From an uncultured archaeon (GTDB taxonomy: Archaea; Aenigmatarchaeota; Aenigmatarchaeia; CG10238-14; SCSR01), in the NCBI GenBank assembly GCA_964539655.1, contig CAZIJH010000003.1, forward strand, positions 12,113 through 76,112: 64,000 bases of DNA, written 5' to 3'. Positions 1-8,134 of this stretch are shown one piece after another. A program made the translations under genes and the position numbers. The notes under the pieces are model-generated. The model had not been told where the DNA came from. It did no database searches and saw only the letters and a list, made by a program, of their open reading frames with translations. The stretch's first letter is position 1; each line of letters opens with the position of its first letter.

Positions 1-294
1 GATGGATTGGCGGAATGTTTTGAATTTGAAGTTACTGGCCAAACATGCCAATGCGCCAAATCTCTATCCGAAATTGTTGCCAAAAAACTTTGGCGAAGAA
101 TCAAACCAAAACTTAATTTAATTAGTTTAGATCTCTGCAACCAGATCTTTTATGGAAGCAAATATTTTCCTCATTGGGGAGGTTATACTCTTTCGTTTTT
201 AATTGTGAAAAAAAAGAAAGAAGAATTAGGGATTAATTGGAACAAACTTATGCAAATGAATTCAAAAAAATTAATCGGGAACGGTCTTGATTAG
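1..294 (+). CDS. Hypothetical protein, probably 5'-truncated by the window edge
   Basis: Frame is open from base 1 to a stop 2 nt before the SDR start; no family recognised. Confidence 0.5.
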   Translation, partial: DGLAECFEFEVTGQTCQCAKSLSEIVAKKLWRRIKPKLNLISLDLCNQIFYGSKYFPHWGGYTLSFLIVKKKKEELGINWNKLMQMNSKKLIGNGLD

Positions 295-296
295 AT

Positions 297-1019
297 ATGG
301 ATAAAAGAAATGTTGCAATAATTACTGGAGGATCGAAAGGAATCGGATTCGCGACGGCGTCCATACTGGCAAACGAAGGCTACAACATTTCAATTTGCTC
401 GCGAAACAAGAAGGAACTCGCGGATGCCGGAAAAAAATTGAAGGAAAAATTTCCGTTAATCAAAATTTTATCAATCAAAGCTGATGTGAGCAATTCAAAA
501 GATGTAAATAATCTTGTCAAAGAAACTGTGAAGAATTTCGGAAGGATAGATGTTCTCGTCAACAACGCTGGAATACTTGTCTCGAAGCCTTTGTCAAAAA
601 CATCAGAAGAAGAATTCGATTCGACTATCAGCACAAATCTAAAAGGAACTTTTCTCTGCTCGAAAGCCGCGCTTCCGCAAATGATCAAACAAAAAAACGG
701 AACGATTGTGAATATTTCTTCGGGAGCCGGGAAGATGGGATTCGTGAACCTGTCGGCGTACTGCGCGAGCAAGTTCGGGGTGATCGGCCTCACGGAGAGC
801 CTTGCGAAGGAAGTCGCGAAAAATAAAATCAGTGTCGTTGCAATCTGCCCGGGCCCTGTCGATACGGACATGCAAGGAAAATATCTGAAAGATTTCAGCA
901 GCGTGGAACGCGTCGCGGCAAGAATGATGATGCAGAAGCCGGAAGATGTTGCGAAGTTTGTTTTGAAGGTGGTCGAAGGGAAATACAAAAGCGGATCGTC
1001 AATTTTTACGTACTTCTGA
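297..1019 (+). CDS. Short-chain dehydrogenase/reductase (FabG-like)
   Basis: TGGSKGIG, NNAG and YCASK motifs. Confidence 0.95.
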   Translation: MDKRNVAIITGGSKGIGFATASILANEGYNISICSRNKKELADAGKKLKEKFPLIKILSIKADVSNSKDVNNLVKETVKNFGRIDVLVNNAGILVSKPLSKTSEEEFDSTISTNLKGTFLCSKAALPQMIKQKNGTIVNISSGAGKMGFVNLSAYCASKFGVIGLTESLAKEVAKNKISVVAICPGPVDTDMQGKYLKDFSSVERVAARMMMQKPEDVAKFVLKVVEGKYKSGSSIFTYF

Positions 1020-1023
1020 ATTT

Positions 1024-1677
1024 CTAGATGAAATCCTTTTCTCCGGCGTCGGCGGTCACGCGCACATCCACAAGGTTGAATAATTTGAGTTTCAGATTTT
1101 TTGTCGAGACAGCTATCTTGCCGGTCTTGGTGTCAAACAGGACTTCACCGTTGCACAAAAAGTTCTTCATAAAAAATGGTGGATCTTTAATATCACACTT
1201 GATTGAAATTCTCGGAAACTTTTTTCCTTTGTATTTTTTGGCTGGCGATTTTCGAAATCCGTAAATGAATCTTCCGTCGTCGAACGTCCAGAAATTTTTA
1301 TCCATGCCTTTAGGAGACAGGATCGCGCCGAACCACATCAAAATATTTTTCAAAGTGAATCCGAAAAGTATTTTCTCTATTCTTTTCCCGCCACGGACTT
1401 CGTATATCTCGCCTCGCATGTCCTTCCTGACAGAGAACCTGTCGCCGGATGCGATCGAGAAGAATTTCGAAAGCACGCTCATGCTGTTGTCGGACTTTAC
1501 ATTGGCGAACGAGCAGTCCAGCGTGCAAACATCTTTCACTTTTTCAGTGACTTCGCAAGGTATCGTAAACGACACGGTCTCGTCCACTAATTTGAGCGTC
1601 TTGAAAACGCTCGCCTGTATCCTAAGATTCGAAACCACGTAGAATTTCTGGCCTTTTTCGAGCCTGTACTTGAGCAT
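1024..1677 (-). CDS. Hypothetical protein
   Basis: 217-aa ORF filling the space between the SDR gene and the rRNA promoter; no motif recognised. Confidence 0.65.
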   Translation of the reverse strand: MLKYRLEKGQKFYVVSNLRIQASVFKTLKLVDETVSFTIPCEVTEKVKDVCTLDCSFANVKSDNSMSVLSKFFSIASGDRFSVRKDMRGEIYEVRGGKRIEKILFGFTLKNILMWFGAILSPKGMDKNFWTFDDGRFIYGFRKSPAKKYKGKKFPRISIKCDIKDPPFFMKNFLCNGEVLFDTKTGKIAVSTKNLKLKLFNLVDVRVTADAGEKDFI

Positions 1678-1698
1678 ACTTTAGAAAACTTGGCCGTA

Positions 1699-1712
1699 CG
1701 AAAGATTTAAAT
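1699..1712 (+). promoter_or_regulatory. Candidate BRE/TATA promoter for the pre-23S transcript (may also serve the divergent gene)
   Basis: CGAAAGA followed by TTTAAAT. Confidence 0.5.
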
Positions 1713-1784
1713 GTTCTCACTGACTATAAAATTATTACTTCGGTGTCAGGTATGGCAGAATAAAAATCTGCATTGGCCTTTTGT

Positions 1785-1875
1785 CTAGCTGTGATTGTGT
1801 CCCAAAGTTCTGACATGATTCGTATTCTCGATTCAAAATCCAAAAGATGAAGACACCGGACACCTATTGAGCTGG
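1785..1875 (+). ncRNA. Box C/D guide RNA 1 in the 23S 5' leader (D guide predicted for U2552)
   Basis: Terminal stem CTAGC/GCTGG; C GTGATTG 1791-1797; D' CTGA 1810-1813; C' ATGAAGA 1847-1853; D TTGA 1867-1870; guide GGACACCT complementary to 5060-5067. Confidence 0.72.
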
Positions 1876-1957
1876 AATCAAACGGAAGTCCAAAACAAGA
1901 TCTGGTCTGGAGTTTTATGCACATCCGCATCTGCTGCGTTGCGGGTCGAAGAGTGTA

Positions 1958-2061
1958 GGTTGATGATTACAAATTCACTCTGACATATGTGTTGCAAAAC
2001 ATGCGATAAAAAGCATGTTTCGCCGTATGGAAAATGAAGAGCGAACTGTCTACAAGAAACC
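1958..2061 (+). ncRNA. Box C/D guide RNA 2 in the 23S 5' leader (D guide predicted for A2600)
   Basis: Stem GGTT/AACC; C ATGATTA 1963-1969; D' CTGA 1980-1983; internal hairpin; C' ATGAAGA 2034-2040; D AAGA 2054-2057; guide CGAACTGTCT 10/10 complementary to 5109-5118. Confidence 0.75.
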
Positions 2062-2070
2062 GTTAAAATA

Positions 2071-2110
2071 TGACACTATCATAGGATTAAGCTGGTCAAA
2101 GAGGTCTGGT
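2071..2110 (+). other. 5' arm of the 23S processing stem
   Basis: TGACACT-A-TCATAGGATTAAGCTG-GTCAAAG-AGG-TCTGGT pairs with 5431-5469. Confidence 0.9.
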
Positions 2111-4473
2111 TTCAACACCAGCCACTTGGTGGATGGCTTTGGCTTCGATTTGCTGAAGAAGGACGTGCCAAGCTGCGATAAGCTCGGGTTATCCGCATGG
2201 AGGATTCGACCCCGAGATCTCCTAATGGGATTCCTTCTCTTCGGAGAATTCCGCGAGGAATAGGAACGTGGTGAAGTGAAGCATCTTAGTCAACCATGGG
2301 AAAAGAAGACAATAGTGATGTCATTAGTAACGGCGAGTGAAAGTGACGGAGGGCAAACCGAACTTCCGCCGAAAGGCGGCAAGGATGTGGGGTTGTAGGA
2401 CTTGGGTCTTTCTCAAACCGCAGAGTCGAACTTCCCTGGAAAGGGAGGCATTAAAGTGTGACAGCCACGTAGACGAATGCGGGAAAGAAAATGCCGAGTA
2501 TCCTGAATAGCGTTTCTCGGATATGAAGCGCGAACCTGGCAGGATTAACTGCCAACCCTAAATACAAACGAAGTCCGATAGCGTACTAGTACGGTGACGG
2601 AACGCTGAAAAAAACTGCGCGAGCAGGGTGAAAAGAGTCTGAAACCAAGTTGGTATTAGTCAGTCATGGCGCGGAAGGTTCCAGCAGGAAGGAAAAAACT
2701 GCGAAGTTTCAGTACGATTGCTGGATTACAGTGTCATGACGTCCGTTTCGAAAAATGGGGCAGGGAGTTTGCCTCTGCGGCGAGGTTAATCGGTCTAAGC
2801 CGAGAAGCCGTAGCGAAAGCGACAGGGCCGTGACATCGCAAGATGCGTGGGCCGCCGTATGAAAGTGCGGGAAGTCGCTGGGGCAAGACCTGAAGCCGGT
2901 CGATCTAATCCTGGTTAGGCTGAAGTCCTGCGAAAGCAGGGTGGAGGGCCGTTACCGATTGTGAGCTGCCAATCCTTCGGGTGAGCCGGGATTAGGGGTG
3001 AAAAGCCTAACGAGACCGGGGATAGCTGGTTCCTCTCGAAATGCATGTAAGTGCAGTCTGGATCGAGCAGGCCCGTAGGGTAGAGTTACTAATTGGGAAG
3101 TCAAGGGTCGAAAGACCCAGCTTTGCTGTTAAACTCCGAACCTATTGGCTGCGTGGAAGTCTGGAATGAGTTAGTATGGTTAAGCTATACTGTCGAAAGG
3201 GGAACAACCCAAACTGAGGTTAAGGCCTCTAAATGTCAGCTGAACGTAGAAGGGAGTCTGAATCCACAAACAGTAGGGCTGTAGGCTCAGAAGCAGCCAT
3301 CAGTTAAAAAGTGTGTAATAACTTACCTACCGAGGATTTGGGCCCTTAAAATGGAAGAGACTAAGCTGACTGCCGAAACCCCAGCTTGAGAAAGAGTAGA
3401 GAGGCGTGCCGTGTGGACAGAAGCATCTGCGTGAGCAGTTGTGGACCGCGCGGCATTGAAGATCCTGCCATGAGTAGCAACATAGTTGAGTGAGAATCTC
3501 AACCGCCTAAAGGACAAGGGTTTGCCAGCAATGTATGTCAGCTGGCGGTTAGTCGGTCCTAACGCCGCACTTTACCGTAGCGGTGGAAAGGGAAATCGGT
3601 TAATATTCCGATACCATGAGAGTACGAATGCGGCAACGCAAGCCGCGATTCTGACGTTTCCGGATAGGGTGACGCAAGTCAACCGATACAGACCTGTGGA
3701 GTCTTGTAACGAGGAGAAACAGGTCAAAGCGGGAGCAGCCCTGCGTATGCAGGGTTCATCCGATTCCAGGAGCCCGTGAAAAGGAATCGCGGAAGAATCT
3801 TTCATGTCCGTACCGAGAACCGTAACAGGTGTCCATGCTGAGAAGGCAAAGGCGTGTTGGGTGAAACCAGTCTAGGGAAATCGGCAAATTAGTTCCGTAC
3901 CTTAGGTATAAGGAATGCCTGTTTCCCCGCAAGGGGAAGCAGGTCTCAGTAACAAGGGGTAAGCGTCTGTTTAACAAAAACGCAGGAGACTGCTAATGAG
4001 AAATCATGTGTATAGTCTCTGAGTCCTGCCCAGTACTGGTCGGTTAAAACCATTTTCAAGTGGTCTAAGCCCCAGTAAACGGCGGCAGTAACTCTGACTG
4101 TCGTAAAGTAGCGTAATCCCTTGCCGTTTAATTAACGGCCTGTCTGAATGGATTCACGACTTGCCCGCTGTCCCAGGCTGGTGCCCAGCGAAATTGCCAT
4201 TCTGGTGAATAAGCCAGAGACCTCCAGTGGGAAACGAAGACCCCGTAGAGCTTTACTGCAGTTTGTTGTTGTGGTAAAGTTTCTGTTGCATAGCGTAGCT
4301 AGTACCCGTCATAGGCTTAGGTTTTGGCCGAAAGCCGAGGGGAAAGTGTAACACTAGCCTTCAGGGACTTTACTGCTTACCTGCAAAGGGACAGCAGCAG
4401 ATGGGCAGTTCGGCTGGGGCGGTACGACCTTGAGAAGGTATCAAGGTCTCCCAAAGTTCAGCTCATCCGGGGC

Positions 4474-4685
4474 ATGGTGCAAGTCGCATTTTGCCTCGAG
4501 AAGGAGCAAAAGCTTTCTAATCGAGGTGTTTTCGGGAAATTTTCTCAGAAGCTTTGACGCGGTGATTATTACCGTTCCAGTCTGAAACAGAATGAAGACG
4601 GAGGTAGCTGATGAGCGTCCATAATGAGAATTTTTTATCCGAATACATTTTAATTACGATTTGTGATCGATTTGCATCACCCGAC
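4474..4685 (+). other. 23S rRNA BHB intron 1 (212 nt, helix 84 loop)
   Basis: Canonical BHB: TC-CGGG-GC^A / CCCG-AC^A-GA plus 12-bp stem TGGTGCAAGTCG/CGATTTGCATCA; splicing restores TCCGGG-GCAGAAA-TCCGGA. Confidence 0.93.
4556..4619 (+). ncRNA. Box C/D guide RNA 3 inside intron 1 (D guide predicted for U2438)
   Basis: Stem GACGC/GCGTC; C GTGATTA 4562-4568; D' CTGA 4582-4585; C' ATGAAGA 4592-4598; D ATGA 4611-4614; guide GAGGTAGCT 9/9 complementary to 4815-4823. Confidence 0.8.
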
Positions 4686-4857
4686 AGAAATCCGGAGTAG
4701 AGTGCAAACGCAAAAGCTGGACTGACTGGATTCCGCAAAGCGAGGAATCCAGCTGCGAAAGCATGGGTTAGCGATACATCGTGGACTCTTAATGGGTCCC
4801 GGTGGTCTAAGAAAAGCTACCTCGGGGATAATGGGCCCGTGGCCGGTGAAAGCCCAC

Positions 4858-4988
4858 AGTGGTTTTCGCTCCCACATTTGAATCTGATAGCAAGAGCATC
4901 AGTGTTCGGTCAAAAAAGAACACGAACACGGTGTTCTGAACTAGACGATCTTCCAATTCGAAGGAGTTGATATATTCCAAACGGGTAT
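4858..4988 (+). other. 23S rRNA BHB intron 2 (131 nt, helix 89)
   Basis: BHB: AA-GCCC-AC^A-GT / AC-GGGT-AT^A-TT; splicing restores GAAAGCCCACATTGACCCGG. Confidence 0.9.
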
Positions 4989-5087
4989 ATTGACCCGGCG
5001 CGTTGGTGCGTCGCTGTCGGCTCCCCCTCACCTGGCTGTGCAGCAGCAGCCAAGGGTACAGGTGTCCACTGGTTAAAAGGGGACGCT

Positions 5088-5121
<34 letters not shown>

Positions 5122-5430
5122 GCTATCTACTGGAGGTGCTGGTTGTCTGACCGGAAGGAGGAATAAGTACGAAAGGAACATCCCTCCGCGGCCTCTAGTG
5201 TATCGGTTGTTCATTGCAAAGCCGAGCAGCCAAGCCGTGCGCGGATAAATCCTGAAAGCATCTAAGGACGAAACCGCCCGGGAATAATAGACAACCATTC
5301 CGAATCTGACGCGCAAGCGCCGGTAATCGGACAAGGGCTCTCGTAGAAGACGAGTTTGATGGGAGAGGGGTGTAAGATCCAAGATTTCGATCGAGGATTT
5401 CAGCCCGCTCTTCCCAACAGCCTGAGGTTG

Positions 5431-5469
5431 GCCAGACTTTGATAAACAGCTTAATCCTATGAAGTGTCA
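5431..5469 (+). other. 3' arm of the 23S processing stem
   Basis: GCCAGA-CTTTGAT-AAA-CAGCTTAATCCTATGA-AGTGTCA is complementary to 2071-2110. Confidence 0.9.
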
Positions 5470-5474
5470 GACAC

Positions 5475-5485
5475 TTTTTTCTTTT
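5475..5485 (+). terminator. Oligo-T terminator candidate of the rRNA transcript
   Basis: TTTTTTCTTTT immediately after the processing stem. Confidence 0.55.
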
Positions 5486-5578
5486 CATTAAAAATTTCAA
5501 AACAGCGTCAGCTATATTCTCGAGCATCTAAATGTTTAAATATCATTACTCTATCGTAGTTACATCAAAGGATGAAAT

Positions 5579-7042
5579 ATGTCAACCGAATCAACTTCTG
5601 GGGGAAATAAAATTCAGCTAGGCGAGCTCGAAAAATTGCTTGACAAACTTAAGGGAGAAGAAAATATTTTTAGCATCAATAAGACAGGAAAAGACGGAGA
5701 GGAGAAAATAAAAGAGATAAGCGATCTTTTTCTGAGTACCGGATTGAAAGACGTTTCTCGTTTTGACGAAACCCTGCAGAATCTCAAATACAAGCGTTCG
5801 AAAGCAGTAAGCGTGAAGGGAGAGAAAGGTACCGGAAAGTCGACTCTTGTCAGCAGCCTTGTCATGAAAAATTTTTACCAGGGAAATGTGGATGAAATAT
5901 TTTATTTCCGTTATAATCAAGACACGAAAAAATTCGATCAAATATTCAGCCAGAGCAGGGATTCCCCTAAGACAAGGGCGATCTGCCTCGACGATATACT
6001 TTATTTTACGCCGGATTGGACAAGCGGGAAAGTTTCAAATTTTGTGCGCTCTCTCGATAGCGTGTCCTCGTTGTACAAGGAATCGAAGCACGGGACCATT
6101 CTTGTGTACGTTGCAGACGGCCCATCGCTTAACGGACTTTTGGAGATTTACGACAGCGTCACAAGATCCGCAGGAAGGTCAGACGTTTCTGCAAAGCTTC
6201 CATGGCTGCCTCCGACGTCGAAACTTTCAAATCCGAACGAATTTGAAGTTGGCAGGGAATTTTTTGGAAAGACTTATTCCATACTTGGAGGAAACAAGGA
6301 CGATTATCATGCAGCGAACTTGTTTGCAGAATTAATTAGAAAGGATACGGGAATCTTCGCCAATAATCCAAGGCTGTTAAAATACATCATAAATCAAGTT
6401 GGAAATCTGAAGCATGTAATAAATCCGAATTTTTTCTCACACTTAGGAATTACTGAAAAATTGTTGAAAGGTGAAATTACAGTCGAACCTAAAAGCTATT
6501 TCAAATCGGCCCAGCCAATTGTCATGGAATTCTTGAAAAATTTCAACAAATACGATTACGTTGTAAATACAAAAGCCGCGCTCAATGAATTTCTCGGTAG
6601 GTTTGAAGAAGAATATTCTGAAAAATATATCGACAATCTTGTTTCCAGCTTGGATGCACTTTTGACAGAAGATAAAAAAAATGCTAATCTGGATCATTAT
6701 AAAATTTACAAAAAAATTGGGACAGATAGCAACAATTTTGTTTGGTCCGATTTTGGCAGTTACGAAAGAGACATCAGGATGTTAATAAATTCTTGCAGGG
6801 GGGAGCTTGAAAGGATTGGAATAGCAAGTCGTGATTACAGCCCATACAAGCGCAGTCAGATAAAACAATATCAAGAAAGTTACTCGGCTGTAAGAAATGC
6901 TGTTGAAAATTATGTTTCAAAAAATCCTGTGATGTTCAGCCAGCCAGATTCAGACAAATTAAAGGAACTGGCAGAAAATCCGCGGAAGTTCGTATCTGAC
7001 ATCATAAAGAAAAGATTATCTGCGGGAATGCCGGTTTACTGA
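5579..7042 (+). CDS. P-loop NTPase of unknown family
   Basis: Walker A GEKGTGKS, Walker B-like ICLDD. Confidence 0.75.
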   Translation: MSTESTSGGNKIQLGELEKLLDKLKGEENIFSINKTGKDGEEKIKEISDLFLSTGLKDVSRFDETLQNLKYKRSKAVSVKGEKGTGKSTLVSSLVMKNFYQGNVDEIFYFRYNQDTKKFDQIFSQSRDSPKTRAICLDDILYFTPDWTSGKVSNFVRSLDSVSSLYKESKHGTILVYVADGPSLNGLLEIYDSVTRSAGRSDVSAKLPWLPPTSKLSNPNEFEVGREFFGKTYSILGGNKDDYHAANLFAELIRKDTGIFANNPRLLKYIINQVGNLKHVINPNFFSHLGITEKLLKGEITVEPKSYFKSAQPIVMEFLKNFNKYDYVVNTKAALNEFLGRFEEEYSEKYIDNLVSSLDALLTEDKKNANLDHYKIYKKIGTDSNNFVWSDFGSYERDIRMLINSCRGELERIGIASRDYSPYKRSQIKQYQESYSAVRNAVENYVSKNPVMFSQPDSDKLKELAENPRKFVSDIIKKRLSAGMPVY

Positions 7043-7064
7043 ATCAAAAAGTAATTAGGGAAAA

Positions 7065-7094
7065 AGTTTCGAACGAGGTCGTGCGCGGAAACTT
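7065..7094. repeat. 30-bp palindromic repeat, copy 1
   Basis: AGTTTCGAACGAGGTCGTGCGCGGAAACTT, identical to 7711-7740. Confidence 0.9.
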
Positions 7095-7292
7095 GCCTTG
7101 TATGTTTCAGCCCCCTTCCCATCACTCACGTTGAGTTCGGACGACATTTCGTCCTGTTCTCTTTCGAGAACTACTTTTCCCTCGTTCAGGAGGGTCGATT
7201 CCACAACTTTTGTTTTTTTGAGTTGTCATACACATACTCAGTACGCATATGAATACTACATGTTTATTAATTTTGCCATACTGAGTTTTCAT

Positions 7293-7703
7293 ATGAGAAC
7301 TAGGCGTCAGACCCAGAAGTGCTTTATGACATCAACACAAGCAGATTTATTGCCGGTTCTCGCCAAGTACGAAAACTTTACGATTCCTGAATTAGAGGAG
7401 TACTACAAGAAACAAGGCAAAATCTACAGTAAGGCAGTGCTCTACGAGAATATAGATATGTTAACCGGGAGATTTCTTGATGAAGATAAGCCAAGAAATA
7501 TTGATGGTCGCCTCGTTAGAAGTTACAAATTGAATAGCCTCGGAGCTGCTTGGGCATGGTGGCTCTCCTTACCAGACCAAGAAAAACCGGATACAAGGAA
7601 CGCATATACAAACCAGAAGAAGGAGCGCCGGCGGCGACTAATACCACGTGGAATTCTAGGAAGACAATCCGTGGTTTCAGAAAAATCGAAAGAGGAAGAG
7701 TAA
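7293..7703 (+). CDS. Winged-helix DNA-binding protein (start reassigned downstream of the track start)
   Basis: TIPEL...SKAVLYENIDML...RSYKLNSLG resembles a wHTH recognition helix and wing. Confidence 0.55.
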   Translation: MRTRRQTQKCFMTSTQADLLPVLAKYENFTIPELEEYYKKQGKIYSKAVLYENIDMLTGRFLDEDKPRNIDGRLVRSYKLNSLGAAWAWWLSLPDQEKPDTRNAYTNQKKERRRRLIPRGILGRQSVVSEKSKEEE

Positions 7704-7710
7704 TTGAGAG

Positions 7711-7740
7711 AGTTTCGAACGAGGTCGTGCGCGGAAACTT
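7711..7740. repeat. 30-bp palindromic repeat, copy 2
   Basis: Exact copy of 7065-7094. Confidence 0.9.
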
Positions 7741-7759
7741 TCCGTAACAGAAAGAATTT

Positions 7760-8038
7760 TTACCGTATAATCGAGAGCCCAAGATGTATCAGCGCGATTA
7801 TTATCAGGATTATCCCCACCCATCTCGCGAATTTCGAAACTAGCACGAGAACTCCTCCGAACACAAGCAGCAGGATCGGATTCACCTGAACGAGGAAATC
7901 GTAGACCCCTCTGAGCGTCCCAATGAACGGAATTGATGTCTCGTTTTTCGGAACATTGACGGTCTCGTTTGATTCCTGCGCAAAAACAATAGAAGGCGCA
8001 ATCAGCAAAATCATTGCAAGAACGATCAGTAATTTCAC
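7760..8038 (-). CDS. Small membrane protein with signal peptide
   Basis: N-terminal signal-like segment and two hydrophobic helices. Confidence 0.75.
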   Translation of the reverse strand: MKLLIVLAMILLIAPSIVFAQESNETVNVPKNETSIPFIGTLRGVYDFLVQVNPILLLVFGGVLVLVSKFARWVGIILIIIALIHLGLSIIR

Positions 8039-8134
8039 AATTTATTCTATGTAGCCGCTGTCTTATATTCTACAAAAGCTAAATGCTTAAATATAGTCAC
8101 TGTAAGGTAGTTACAAAATATATACGGTGGATAT

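Noticed and set aside
1800-1810. TCCCAAAGTTC also present at 4449-4459
   Set aside because: Same-sense 11-mer that cannot act as an antisense guide; probably chance.
4608-4615. CTGATGAG as a hammerhead ribozyme core
   Set aside because: No stem II followed by GAAA or stem III could be built; the C/D K-turn explains it.
4474-4988. Group I introns or homing endonuclease genes
   Set aside because: Too short, no catalytic core or LAGLIDADG motif; both have BHB ends.
7065-7740. Repeats as a CRISPR array, SECIS elements or integron attC sites
   Set aside because: Only two copies 616 bp apart, no cas or integrase gene, no GAA/A SECIS loop or in-frame Sec context, no RYYYAAC/GTTRRRY ends.
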